From positions 1-35,562 of the forward strand of contig JANPLN010000038.1 in NCBI GenBank assembly GCA_031426555.1: DNA of 35,562 nucleotides, read 5' to 3'. The translations under genes were made by a program, and so were the position numbers. Source of the DNA: Bdellovibrionales bacterium (GTDB lineage Bacteria; Bdellovibrionota; Bdellovibrionia; Bdellovibrionales; JAGQZY01). This document shows, piece after piece, positions 17,827 through 26,519 of this stretch; the stretch's first letter is position 1; each line of letters begins with the position of its first letter. The notes below the pieces were generated by a model. That model ran no database searches and was not told the origin of the DNA. It was given only the letters and a program-made list of their open reading frames with translations.

Positions 17827-18378
17827 TTATTCCGTAGGTCTGGCCGTCGGAATGAGTTCTTCCATTGTAAACAGCGGGCGCAAACGCAGATGGGCTTCGG
17901 CAAGCTTTTCGGTTTTGCCTTCGCTGCGGTCGATCACGCACAGCACGTCGTCGACGAAGGCGCCTTCTTTGCGCAGCATTTCGGTGGTGAGTACAACCTG
18001 GCCGCCGGTGGTGATGACGTCTTCGATCAACACTAATTTTTTACCTTTGATGGCTGGCCCTTCGGCAAATTTGCAGGTGCCGTACTCTTTGGCTTCTTTG
18101 CGAAGGAACGCCACGGGGATTCCTGTTTTTAACGAAATTGCTGTGGCGATGGGAATACCGCCCATTTCTAGCGCTCCTAATAGATCAATGCCTTTTGGCA
18201 GAAGCGGAATCATTTGTTCGGCGATGGCGTTTAAAATTTCGGGGCGCGCTTCGAATTGATATTTGTCGAAGTAAACGTTGGAGGTTTTTCCCGAGCGGAG
18301 CAAAAAGGTTCCAGTCAGGTGAGCTACTTCGAATATTTTTTGAGCCAGGTCTGATCTGTTCATGTTTGTTAGGTTCAT
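17827..18378 (-). CDS. pyrE: Orotate phosphoribosyltransferase
   Basis: FLLRSGKTSNVYFDKY, LEMGGIP, RKEAKEYGT and PRPP-binding VLIEDVITTGG. ATG 18378 has RBS GGAG. Confidence 0.95.
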   Translation of the reverse strand: MNLTNMNRSDLAQKIFEVAHLTGTFLLRSGKTSNVYFDKYQFEARPEILNAIAEQMIPLLPKGIDLLGALEMGGIPIATAISLKTGIPVAFLRKEAKEYGTCKFAEGPAIKGKKLVLIEDVITTGGQVVLTTEMLRKEGAFVDDVLCVIDRSEGKTEKLAEAHLRLRPLFTMEELIPTARPTE

Positions 18379-18400
18379 GGTGTCTCCGTGTGTTAGTGGC

Positions 18401-18430
18401 AAAAAAAACCCTCGCTGCGGACAGCGAGGG
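18401..18430 (-). terminator. Rho-independent terminator (or attenuator) between fusA and pyrE
   Basis: Minus strand CCCTCGCTG-TCCG-CAGCGAGGG-TTTTTTTT: a perfect 9-bp stem plus U8. Confidence 0.9.
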
Positions 18431-18474
18431 AATTGGTAGTTCAATTCTCAGAACACAAAGTCCGAGATATAAAA

Positions 18475-20583
18475 TTACTTCTTCTGATCAGCGAGGCGCT
18501 GTTCTTGGTACTTCTTCGCAAGCTCTTCTTGGATGTTGCGCGGAACCGGTGCGTAGCGCGAGAATTCCATGGTAAATTCACCCTTCCCTTGCGTGGCAGA
18601 GCGCAGATCTGTGGAGTAACCAAACATCTCAGAGAGCGGAACTTCGGACTGCGTAATGGCAAAGCCTTGTTCGCTGGTGGTTCCTTGAATGATTCCACGG
18701 CGCTGGTTGATCTGACCGAGCACGCTACCTTGGAATTCTTCGGGAGCAGACACTTCCACCTTCATGATGGGCTCAAGGGCTGTTGGCGACGCGTTTTCGT
18801 ACGCCTGTCGCATGGCAGCCATGGCGCAAATACGGAAGGCCATCTCTGATGAATCCACATCATGGTAAGAGCCGTCATCCAAATCAACTTCCACGTTCAC
18901 GATCGGGAAGCCTATGAGTGGGCCCTTAGCTAATTGTTCTGCGAAGCCTTTTTCGCAACCAGGAATAAATTCGCGCGGGATACGACCACCCACAACGTTG
19001 TTGTTAAATTTGTAGGAAACATCGGAGTTCGCAGGCAGTGGACGAATTTTTCCAACCACTTTCGCAAATTGACCCGAACCACCGGTTTGTTTTTTGTGAG
19101 TGTAATCGTACGCTGCTTCTTTACCGATGGTTTCACGGTAAGCAACTTGTGGTTTACCGGCAATCACTTCGCACTGGAATTCACGCTTCATGCGCTCGAT
19201 GTATACTTCTAAGTGGAGTTCACCCATTCCAGAAATAATAGTTTCGCTGGACTCTTCGTCGCGGTGAACACGGAATGTGGGATCTTCTTTACGGAACTTT
19301 TGTAAGGCTTTTGAAAAGTTATTCGCGCCAGCTTTATCTTTTGGCGATACAGCCAGAGAAATTACCGCGTTTGGAACGTGCATCGAGCTCATAGCAATAC
19401 TCACGGTGCCATCAGTGAAGGTGTCACCGGTTGAGCAATCAACACCAAACAGAGCCACGATGTCGCCCGCGTAGGCGTGATCGATGTCTTCCATTTCGTT
19501 GGAGTGCATTTTTACCAGGCGAGGAACTTTTACCTTTTTACGATCGGCTGTATTGATGATGAACTCGCCTTTTTTGAGAGTTCCTTGATAAATGCGCATG
19601 TAAGTGAGCTGTCCATAGCGACCATCATCCAGTTTAAACGCGTAAGCAATCAATGGTAGCTTTTCATCGTTGATAACGACGACTTCCGCCTCGTCCTTAT
19701 CCACATCAAGACCTTTGTTTACAACCTCCGTTGGGTTTGGAAGATAATCCCTAACACCGTTGAGTAACAGCTGAACACCTTTGTTTTTAAAGGCAGAGCC
19801 CATAAACACGGGAGTCAATTCCATTTTAATGCAACCTACGCGGATGGCGCGCTTTAAAAGCTCTTCTGGAATTTCGGCCCCCTCGAGGAACTTCTCTGCG
19901 AGTTCATCATCAAACATCGAAGCGGAGTCGATGAGTTTTTCGCGATACTCTTTGGCTTGATCAGCAAATTCCGCGGGGATGTCGATTTCTTTAACGTCAT
20001 CGCCGTCTTCACCCAAAAACTTGTAAGCTTTCATTTTAACTAAGTCGATAATTCCATCATGCGCGTCCTCAACACCAATTGGAATTTGCATCATCGCCGC
20101 ATTGTGATGGAGTTTTTCGCGAAGTTGTCCTGTCACGCGGAAGGGGTTTGCGCCCGAGCGATCCAATTTGTTAATAAAGGCCACACGCGGAACGTTGTAG
20201 CGACGCATTTGACGATCCACCGTGATGGACTGTGATTGAACACCGGCAACACCGCAGAGAACGAGAACGGCTCCGTCGAGAACGCGCAAAGATCTTTCCA
20301 CTTCGATGGTGAAATCCACGTGCCCGGGCGTATCGATGATGTTGATCTGAGTGTCGTGCCAATAAACGTTGGTGGCAGCTGACTGAATTGTAATCCCGCG
20401 CTCTCTTTCGAGCTCCATGGAATCCATTTTCGCGCCGACGCCATCTTTTCCGCGCACGTCATGAATGGCGTGAATTTTTCCTGTGTAATAAAGAATACGC
20501 TCAGTCAAAGTTGTTTTGCCCGAGTCGATATGGGCTGAAATCCCAATATTACGTACGTTCTCTAGGACCCATTTTTTAGCCAT
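18475..20583 (-). CDS. fusA: Elongation factor G (stand-alone, spdEFG1/mtEFG1-like)
   Basis: [58 protein letters not shown] and LRSATQG. Confidence 0.98.
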   Translation of the reverse strand: MAKKWVLENVRNIGISAHIDSGKTTLTERILYYTGKIHAIHDVRGKDGVGAKMDSMELERERGITIQSAATNVYWHDTQINIIDTPGHVDFTIEVERSLRVLDGAVLVLCGVAGVQSQSITVDRQMRRYNVPRVAFINKLDRSGANPFRVTGQLREKLHHNAAMMQIPIGVEDAHDGIIDLVKMKAYKFLGEDGDDVKEIDIPAEFADQAKEYREKLIDSASMFDDELAEKFLEGAEIPEELLKRAIRVGCIKMELTPVFMGSAFKNKGVQLLLNGVRDYLPNPTEVVNKGLDVDKDEAEVVVINDEKLPLIAYAFKLDDGRYGQLTYMRIYQGTLKKGEFIINTADRKKVKVPRLVKMHSNEMEDIDHAYAGDIVALFGVDCSTGDTFTDGTVSIAMSSMHVPNAVISLAVSPKDKAGANNFSKALQKFRKEDPTFRVHRDEESSETIISGMGELHLEVYIERMKREFQCEVIAGKPQVAYRETIGKEAAYDYTHKKQTGGSGQFAKVVGKIRPLPANSDVSYKFNNNVVGGRIPREFIPGCEKGFAEQLAKGPLIGFPIVNVEVDLDDGSYHDVDSSEMAFRICAMAAMRQAYENASPTALEPIMKVEVSAPEEFQGSVLGQINQRRGIIQGTTSEQGFAITQSEVPLSEMFGYSTDLRSATQGKGEFTMEFSRYAPVPRNIQEELAKKYQEQRLADQKK

Positions 20584-20607
20584 TCGTTACCTCGTCGTTT
20601 GAAATTC

Positions 20608-20630
20608 CGGGCAAATAAAAAATTTGCCCG
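20608..20630. promoter_or_regulatory. Perfect 9-bp inverted repeat in the fusA/recQ divergent region
   Basis: CGGGCAAAT-AAAAA-ATTTGCCCG. Confidence 0.5.
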
Positions 20631-20677
20631 CTACAATATATGTACAATTTGAAAGGACTTAGTTAGCATGTAAGTGC

Positions 20678-22069
20678 ATGAATATTCAAGAAATTCTTGA
20701 GTCCCGCTGGGGTTATAAAAGCTTTCGCGGGGAACAGCAGAAAATCATCGAGCAAATCCTGCAAAAACAAAGCGTCTTAGCCGTGCAGCCCACGGGCTTT
20801 GGCAAGAGTCTGTGCTTTCAAATTCCATCTATAGTTTTTAAGGGTTTAACACTGGTGGTTTCGCCGCTCATCGCGCTGATGAAGGATCAGGTGGATGACG
20901 CGCTACAAAAAAACCTCAAAGTGGCGGCCATTCACTCGGGGATGAGCCGAGACGAACGGGAAAAAGTGCTTAAAAAGCTGGCTCGCTGCGAGCTGCAACT
21001 GCTTTATGTGACTCCCGAGCGCTTTCGCAAGGACGACTTTTGGGAAGCTCTTTCGAAAAACACAGGAGATAAACCAGTTGAACTTTTTGTCATCGACGAG
21101 GCCCACTGTATTTCGGAGTGGGGCCATGATTTTCGACCCGACTACAGCCGTTTGGGAGAGATTCGCAAAAAACTGGGTAACCCGTGCACGTTGGCGCTCA
21201 CGGCCACCGCCACCAAAGAGGTGCAAAAGGATATCGTTGAGCAATTGCAGATTGCGGCGGGCCAGGTGTTTGCTGCAGGAGCGTTTCGCGACAATCTTTT
21301 GCTGCAAACCGTGGAAGTGTATGGGCATGACGAAAAGGTGCGAGCCTTTGTTGGCATTCATCACCAACACCCCGGTGCAAAAATTATTTATTTTGCGCTG
21401 ATTTCAACGCTGGAAAATTTTTCGCGAGATCTGCAAAAACTCAGCATCGTGCACAGTGTTTACCACGGCCAACTGCCAGACAATCTGCGACGCCGCTCGC
21501 AGGAAGGGTATTTGCACGATCCGAACGGTTTAATTCTCGCCACTCCGGCGTTTGGTTTGGGGATTAACAAATCAGATATTCGCGTTGTGGTGCATGGGGA
21601 GGTGCCGTCCTCCATCGAAGCCTACTATCAGGAGGTGGGGCGAGCAGGCCGTGATGGTCTGGCGGCCCATGGGTATTTGCTTTACGACGCCGATGACGTT
21701 GCCATTCAGATGGACTTTTTAAAATGGTCCAGCCCCGAGCCCGAGTTTATTTTTCGCGTGTATTCACTTTTAGAATACAACATGGACAAAGTTCGCGCCG
21801 GTGGTTTGGATTATATGCGCGGGCAACTTTTGTTTTATCATCAACGGGATTTTCGTTTGGAGACCGCTTTAAACCAGCTCGAGCGTTTTGGTTTTATTGA
21901 GGGTAAAGATGCGAAAACCTGGAATTGCTTGGAATATCCTAATGGCGAACTGGTGGATGAGCAGCTGCATAAAAAACGCTTGGTGCAGCAACAAAAAAAA
22001 CTTTTGCAAATGATCGAGCTCACAAAAGTGCCAGACCCTAGCCCAACAATCAAAGAGTATTTTTCGTGA
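20678..22069 (+). CDS. recQ: RecQ-family ATP-dependent DNA helicase (short form, no evident HRDC domain)
   Basis: PTGFGKSLCFQIP, SPLIALMKDQV, DEAHCISEWGHDFRPDY, ALTATA and YYQEVGRAGRDG. Confidence 0.92.
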   Translation: MNIQEILESRWGYKSFRGEQQKIIEQILQKQSVLAVQPTGFGKSLCFQIPSIVFKGLTLVVSPLIALMKDQVDDALQKNLKVAAIHSGMSRDEREKVLKKLARCELQLLYVTPERFRKDDFWEALSKNTGDKPVELFVIDEAHCISEWGHDFRPDYSRLGEIRKKLGNPCTLALTATATKEVQKDIVEQLQIAAGQVFAAGAFRDNLLLQTVEVYGHDEKVRAFVGIHHQHPGAKIIYFALISTLENFSRDLQKLSIVHSVYHGQLPDNLRRRSQEGYLHDPNGLILATPAFGLGINKSDIRVVVHGEVPSSIEAYYQEVGRAGRDGLAAHGYLLYDADDVAIQMDFLKWSSPEPEFIFRVYSLLEYNMDKVRAGGLDYMRGQLLFYHQRDFRLETALNQLERFGFIEGKDAKTWNCLEYPNGELVDEQLHKKRLVQQQKKLLQMIELTKVPDPSPTIKEYFS

Positions 22070-22761
22070 AGATGCAATTTCCTTCGGTGGAACAAGTGGG
22101 ACAATGTGCAGACGAGAATGGCATTGTGTGGGTGGGTGGAATGTTGTCTGTGGACAATTTGCAAACGGCATACTCCCGTGGAATATTTCCGTGGCCCCAC
22201 GAAGGTTTACCTCTGTTGTGGTTTTGCCCCGAAGACCGCGGAGTGATGAATTTTTCTGACTTTCGCGTTCCGCGCACCATTCAGAAAGAACTCCGGCGGG
22301 CGCAGTTTAAGGTGACCTTTGATACTTGCTTTGAGAAAGTGATCGAAGAGTGTTCCAAGCAAAAACGCTCTGGTCAGCGCGGCACCTGGATTACGCCAGA
22401 GATGAAAACCGTTTACGCCGAGATGTTTAAGGCCGGCCTCGCCCATAGCGTGGAGTGCTGGACCGCCAATGGAGAAGACAATGGAAATAACAGCGAGTTA
22501 GTCGGCGGGCTTTACGGCGTGTACATCGACGGCGTGTTCAGTGGCGAGAGCATGTTTCACACACAAACCGCCGCCTCCAAGCAATGTGTGATAGCTCTTG
22601 TAGAGGCGTTGTTAAAAATGGGGCATACGTGGTTTGATATTCAGATGGTAACGCCGGTGCTAGAAAGTTTTGGCGGAAGTTACATGCCGCGCGCAGAGTA
22701 TCTTGCACGTTTGCAAAAAACCCAGGATAAGAAAATTCTTTGGAGGATTGATGAAAATTGA
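22066..22761 (+). CDS. aat: Leucyl/phenylalanyl-tRNA--protein transferase
   Basis: AYSRGIFPW, TWIT, AHSVECW, LVGGLYGV and FSGESMF. GTGA overlap with recQ (ATG 22072 is an alternative start). Confidence 0.95.
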   Translation: MKMQFPSVEQVGQCADENGIVWVGGMLSVDNLQTAYSRGIFPWPHEGLPLLWFCPEDRGVMNFSDFRVPRTIQKELRRAQFKVTFDTCFEKVIEECSKQKRSGQRGTWITPEMKTVYAEMFKAGLAHSVECWTANGEDNGNNSELVGGLYGVYIDGVFSGESMFHTQTAASKQCVIALVEALLKMGHTWFDIQMVTPVLESFGGSYMPRAEYLARLQKTQDKKILWRIDEN

Positions 22762-23236
22762 CGAAAGCACCGTAGTCACCTTGGCCTATGAGCTGTACAT
22801 CAAAGAAGGCGAAGGTCTGCATTTGATGGATCACAGAGACCGCCACGATCCGGTGGAATTTGTTTTTGGCCTGGGTTTGTTGTTGCCCAAAGTAGAAGAC
22901 TCGCTTTTACAACAAACTGTTGGTTTTAAAAAAGAGATGGTACTTTTGCCAGAAGACGCCTACGGCCAACCGGTGGAGGAACTTGTGCAGTGGGTGCTGC
23001 GCGATAAATTTCCCAAGGAGTTGGAACTCAAAGTTGGGATGAAGTTTCAAACCCAGGGGGCCGATGGCGAAGTTATTTCGGCCATGATCAAAGAGGTTAA
23101 AGACGATCAGGTGATGCTCGACGGAAACCATCCGCTGGCAGGCTATGTTGTACATTTTAATCTCGAAGTCTTGCGCGTTCGCGAAGCCACCGAAGACGAA
23201 ATGCTTTCTGGTCAGGTTCAACGCAAGTTTCATTAA
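22751..23236 (+). CDS. slyD: FKBP-type peptidyl-prolyl cis-trans isomerase, SlyD-like (no His-rich tail)
   Basis: PEDAYG, DGNHPLAG and VREATEDE. Start ATG 22751 after GGAGG rather than the track start at 22670. Confidence 0.9.
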   Translation: MKIDESTVVTLAYELYIKEGEGLHLMDHRDRHDPVEFVFGLGLLLPKVEDSLLQQTVGFKKEMVLLPEDAYGQPVEELVQWVLRDKFPKELELKVGMKFQTQGADGEVISAMIKEVKDDQVMLDGNHPLAGYVVHFNLEVLRVREATEDEMLSGQVQRKFH

Positions 23237-23241
23237 GTCGT

Positions 23242-23279
23242 AAAAACTGAAGCCAGAAAACGATGCGCTCTCCGGCTCC
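23242..23279 (-). terminator. Terminator for the lipoprotein gene
   Basis: Minus strand GGAGCCGGAGAGCG-CAT-CGTTTTCTGGCTTC forms a 14-bp stem including G-U pairs, followed by AGTTTTT. Confidence 0.55.
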
Positions 23280-23287
23280 TAAAAATC

Positions 23288-24130
23288 TTATTTACTACAG
23301 GTGATCAAAACAACGCCAGCCGCGGTGTTCGCGTTTGTTCCGTCGCGAAATTGATACGTCTGATCCCGTAAAATTGCGATTTGTGAACCGGCTGTCAATA
23401 CAATCGGATACGAAACATCCAGAAACTGATTGATGTTGGTGTCGGTTATTCGGTTTTCGCAAGAAACGAGTGTGAGAACGCCGGGCTGTTGTCCGTTCGT
23501 ACCTCGTGGATTGGGATTCATGGTTTCCATGGTCGACTGCCCAACGACAAGCTCTTTAACTTGAACTTGCGCTGCGGAATTTGCACTTTTGGGCGTGGTC
23601 GCTGCATCAGATTCGCTTTCGTAGGTGTCGCACGTCATGAGGACTTGGCCAGGAGCCGAGCTGGCATTGGAACCGTCGCCGAAGCTGTAGGATTTGTCTC
23701 GTCGAAGGATGACTTGCGAATTTCCAGTTAACAAAATCGGATATGCAAGGTCCGCCAGTGACGACAAATGTTGAATTTTTATTCGGGGTGCGCAGACCGT
23801 TAAAATCAGCGACCCATCTTGTTGCGAAGTCGTCTCTTTTGGGTCTGGGTTAAAAGTTTCCATGGTCGTGTCGCCCAATCCAAAACGCTTGATTGTCATT
23901 TCGCTAACGGTGGTTGAATCGCTCAAAATTTCAACAGTGGCTTCAGCGCCACCACCGGTTTCGTTTTCAACAGCTCCGGAAGTAAAGGTGTCTTCCGATG
24001 AGGCCTGGCCGCCTGAGGTAGATCCACCGGAGCCCCCACCAAAGCCACCGAGTCCCGTCTGTTCGTCTTTTTTGCAAGCGACCATCGCTAAGGTGGATGT
24101 AAGCACCATTAATAGTAAAGTCTTTTTCAT
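23288..24130 (-). CDS. Lipoprotein with a Gly/Ser linker and two tandem ~95-aa repeated domains
   Basis: Start ATG 24130 (RBS AGGAG), lipobox MVAC and an obvious internal duplication. Confidence 0.85.
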   Translation of the reverse strand: MKKTLLLMVLTSTLAMVACKKDEQTGLGGFGGGSGGSTSGGQASSEDTFTSGAVENETGGGAEATVEILSDSTTVSEMTIKRFGLGDTTMETFNPDPKETTSQQDGSLILTVCAPRIKIQHLSSLADLAYPILLTGNSQVILRRDKSYSFGDGSNASSAPGQVLMTCDTYESESDAATTPKSANSAAQVQVKELVVGQSTMETMNPNPRGTNGQQPGVLTLVSCENRITDTNINQFLDVSYPIVLTAGSQIAILRDQTYQFRDGTNANTAAGVVLITCSK

Positions 24131-24173
24131 TGAATTTCTCCTGATAGATTTTTTAGCGTTGCATGCTCTTCTT

Positions 24174-24189
24174 AGCAATTGGCTTGCCA
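24174..24189 (-). promoter_or_regulatory. Sigma54 promoter for the lipoprotein gene
   Basis: Minus strand TGGCAAGCCAATTGCT, close to consensus TGGCAC-N5-TTGCW. Confidence 0.75.
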
Positions 24190-24438
24190 TGGACTCCCTC
24201 GGGCGACCTGTCAAGCCCATGTCTTGCAAGTATCGGAAACATGAGATGAATTTTTAATGTGTCAAAATTGTGCTCAGGAGAAACGGAGTTTCATTTTTCT
24301 AAAATTTGGCAACGGACAGCCTCTGTAAAAAATTTTTTGTCTCAACTTAATCAGGTCCAATTCCACCTCCTTGCGGGAGATTTTTGGACTTAATTTCGAA
24401 TCAGTTCCATTTCACTCCACAGTCGTCCACGTTTTGCT

Positions 24439-24454
24439 TGGCACTGGAGTTGCT
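24439..24454 (+). promoter_or_regulatory. Sigma54 promoter for the hemerythrin-led operon
   Basis: TGGCACTGGAGTTGCT, essentially consensus, 47 nt upstream of ATG 24502. Confidence 0.8.
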
Positions 24455-24501
24455 AAATAAAGACTTGCGAGTCCGCAAAAACATTTTTAGGGAGTTTCAA
24501 A

Positions 24502-25065
24502 ATGGCAGCAAAAAAAATCTCAGCGAAAAAAACTTCAATGACAAAATCATTGGATCAGGAATTAGATATTGTCGATTTAATCCTCGAGGATCACAAGCCG
24601 CTGAAAGAGCTTATCGAAGTGATGAAAGACACCGACAACTCCTTGGCCGATCGTAAAAGTGCCTACAAGGAATTTGCACCCCTTCTTGCCAGACATGCCA
24701 AACCCGAAGAGCAAATTCTCTACGTCCATATGAAGCGTGACAAACGACTGCGAACCGAAGGCTTCGAAGGTGATGTGGAGCACATTTTAGCTGAGCAACT
24801 GGTCGATGAAACTAAAAATACAGCCGACGAAGAGCTTTGGTCGGCACGGGTAAAGGTTCTAGCTGAACTTGTAGAACATCACATTGAAGAGGAAGAAGAA
24901 GAACTTCTCCCTAAATTCAGAAAATTTTCAACGAAAGAAGATCGCGTAGCCATGGGTATCGAGTATTTGGACGCCAAAGATAACACCCTGGACGACGGCA
25001 ATGAGCGTATTCCGCACAAGAGTGAAGATGAAAACTCTATTATCAAGGAGGAATTGTATGTCTAA
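24502..25065 (+). CDS. Hemerythrin-like (HHE cation-binding) domain protein
   Basis: LEDH, RHAKPEEQILY, EH and HHIEEEEEELLP motifs. Confidence 0.9.
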   Translation: MAAKKISAKKTSMTKSLDQELDIVDLILEDHKPLKELIEVMKDTDNSLADRKSAYKEFAPLLARHAKPEEQILYVHMKRDKRLRTEGFEGDVEHILAEQLVDETKNTADEELWSARVKVLAELVEHHIEEEEEELLPKFRKFSTKEDRVAMGIEYLDAKDNTLDDGNERIPHKSEDENSIIKEELYV

Positions 25066-25906
25066 AAAGACCAATCACAAAAAAATAGCCTCCAAAAAAA
25101 CAACTATTAAGAAAAACTTATTACAGAAAACGAAACCTTTGGCTCTTATCACGGGTGCCTCGAGCGGCATTGGTTTTGAATTGGCTAAAGTTTTTGCCGA
25201 TAATAACTTTGATCTAATCATCGTTGCCGAAGATGCCGCCATCAATGAAGCTGGTCAGGCCATTCGCAACCTTGGCAAAGAGGTAACCACCCTACAAATC
25301 AATCTTGCATCTTTCGAGGGCGTTGAAGAACTCTGCGCTGCCATTAAAGGACGTAAAATCGACGTGGCGGCTATCAACGCCGGGGTCGGTGTTGGTGGCG
25401 AATTTATTGCCACCGATCTCTCGGATGAGATGAACATGATGCAACTCAATGTTATGGGAGCGGTTCACTTGGCTAAATATTTGGCCAAAGATTTTGTTCA
25501 ACGGGGAGAGGGCGGAAAAATTCTGTTCACCTCTTCACTGGCCGCCGAAATGCCGGGTCCGTATTATGCTGTTTACGCTGCGACCAAAGCGTTTATTCAG
25601 CACTTCTCCGAAGCATTATCCTTTGAATTAAAAGAGCACAGTATCACTGTCACCGCTCTGCAACCGGGTGTCACAGATACCAACTTTTTTAAACGCGCAG
25701 ACATGCTCGACACGAAGGCTGGAAAAGCCAAAAAAGACGACCCCGCTCAAGTGGCAATGGACGGATACAAGGCTTTGATGGCTGGTAAAGACCATGTGGT
25801 TGCCGGCTCGTTTATGAACATCATTCAGTCGGTGGTGGGCAAAATTGTTTCCGAAAAGATGGGTGCGCGGATGCAAGGGGCTCAAACCAAATCCCAAGCG
25901 TATTAG
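25058..25906 (+). CDS. SDR family NAD(P)-dependent oxidoreductase
   Basis: TGASSGIG, NAGVG, YAATKAF and PGVTDTNFF. Start ATG 25058 after AAGGAGG. Confidence 0.93.
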   Translation: MSKKTNHKKIASKKTTIKKNLLQKTKPLALITGASSGIGFELAKVFADNNFDLIIVAEDAAINEAGQAIRNLGKEVTTLQINLASFEGVEELCAAIKGRKIDVAAINAGVGVGGEFIATDLSDEMNMMQLNVMGAVHLAKYLAKDFVQRGEGGKILFTSSLAAEMPGPYYAVYAATKAFIQHFSEALSFELKEHSITVTALQPGVTDTNFFKRADMLDTKAGKAKKDDPAQVAMDGYKALMAGKDHVVAGSFMNIIQSVVGKIVSEKMGARMQGAQTKSQAY

Positions 25907-25915
25907 GAGGAACCC

Positions 25916-26488
25916 ATGCAGCTTGTAATTAATAACGATACTAATGAATTAAAAAAATCCATGGATCCGTATTTTGCAGAACGCAAAAGCCGTGAAATCA
26001 AACAGCACAAGGTGCACATGGCCCTCACCACAGTGGTGAAGCCTGCTAAAGTCTACGAAATTTTACGAAATTTTCAAAACTTTCCGCAGTTTATTAAAGA
26101 AGTAAAATCTGTCGAGCCCATTCGCACCACGCAGACGCGCTGGAGAACCTTGCAAGAGTCTGGAGTGTCTGCGGAATGGGATGTGGAAGTGGTGCGCGAT
26201 GTTCCCGAAAAAATGATCGTCTGGGCCAGTGAGCAGGCCCGCGGCGAAGTACGGCTTATTCCGGCTGCTGGAAATCGCGGAACGGTGATCGAAGTTCTGT
26301 TGGATTATGAATTGGCGGGTGGCGCTTTTGCCGAGCTCGCCAATAAAATTTTTGGCGAATCACCACATGATATCGTGCGAAAAAATTTGCACAAGCTCAA
26401 AGCCTATCTCGAAACGGGCGAAGTGCCAACCACGGACGGCCAACCGTCGGGCCGCGAGAAAACTTCGACACTCGTCCAACCAAACTAA
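25916..26488 (+). CDS. SRPBCC family (cyclase/dehydrase) protein
   Basis: VYEILRNFQNFPQFI, IVWAS, GT.IEV and KAYLETGEVPTTDGQPSGR C-terminal motif. Confidence 0.88.
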   Translation: MQLVINNDTNELKKSMDPYFAERKSREIKQHKVHMALTTVVKPAKVYEILRNFQNFPQFIKEVKSVEPIRTTQTRWRTLQESGVSAEWDVEVVRDVPEKMIVWASEQARGEVRLIPAAGNRGTVIEVLLDYELAGGAFAELANKIFGESPHDIVRKNLHKLKAYLETGEVPTTDGQPSGREKTSTLVQPN

Positions 26489-26519
26489 CTAACAGCTACC
26501 GCCAAACTAGGAGAAAAAA

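Noticed and set aside
17827..25058. Longest-ORF starts for pyrE (18444), slyD (22670), the lipoprotein (24229) and the SDR (25001)
   Set aside because: Downstream ATGs have clear RBSs and fit domain or signal-peptide boundaries. The extensions cross terminators, promoters or neighbouring genes.
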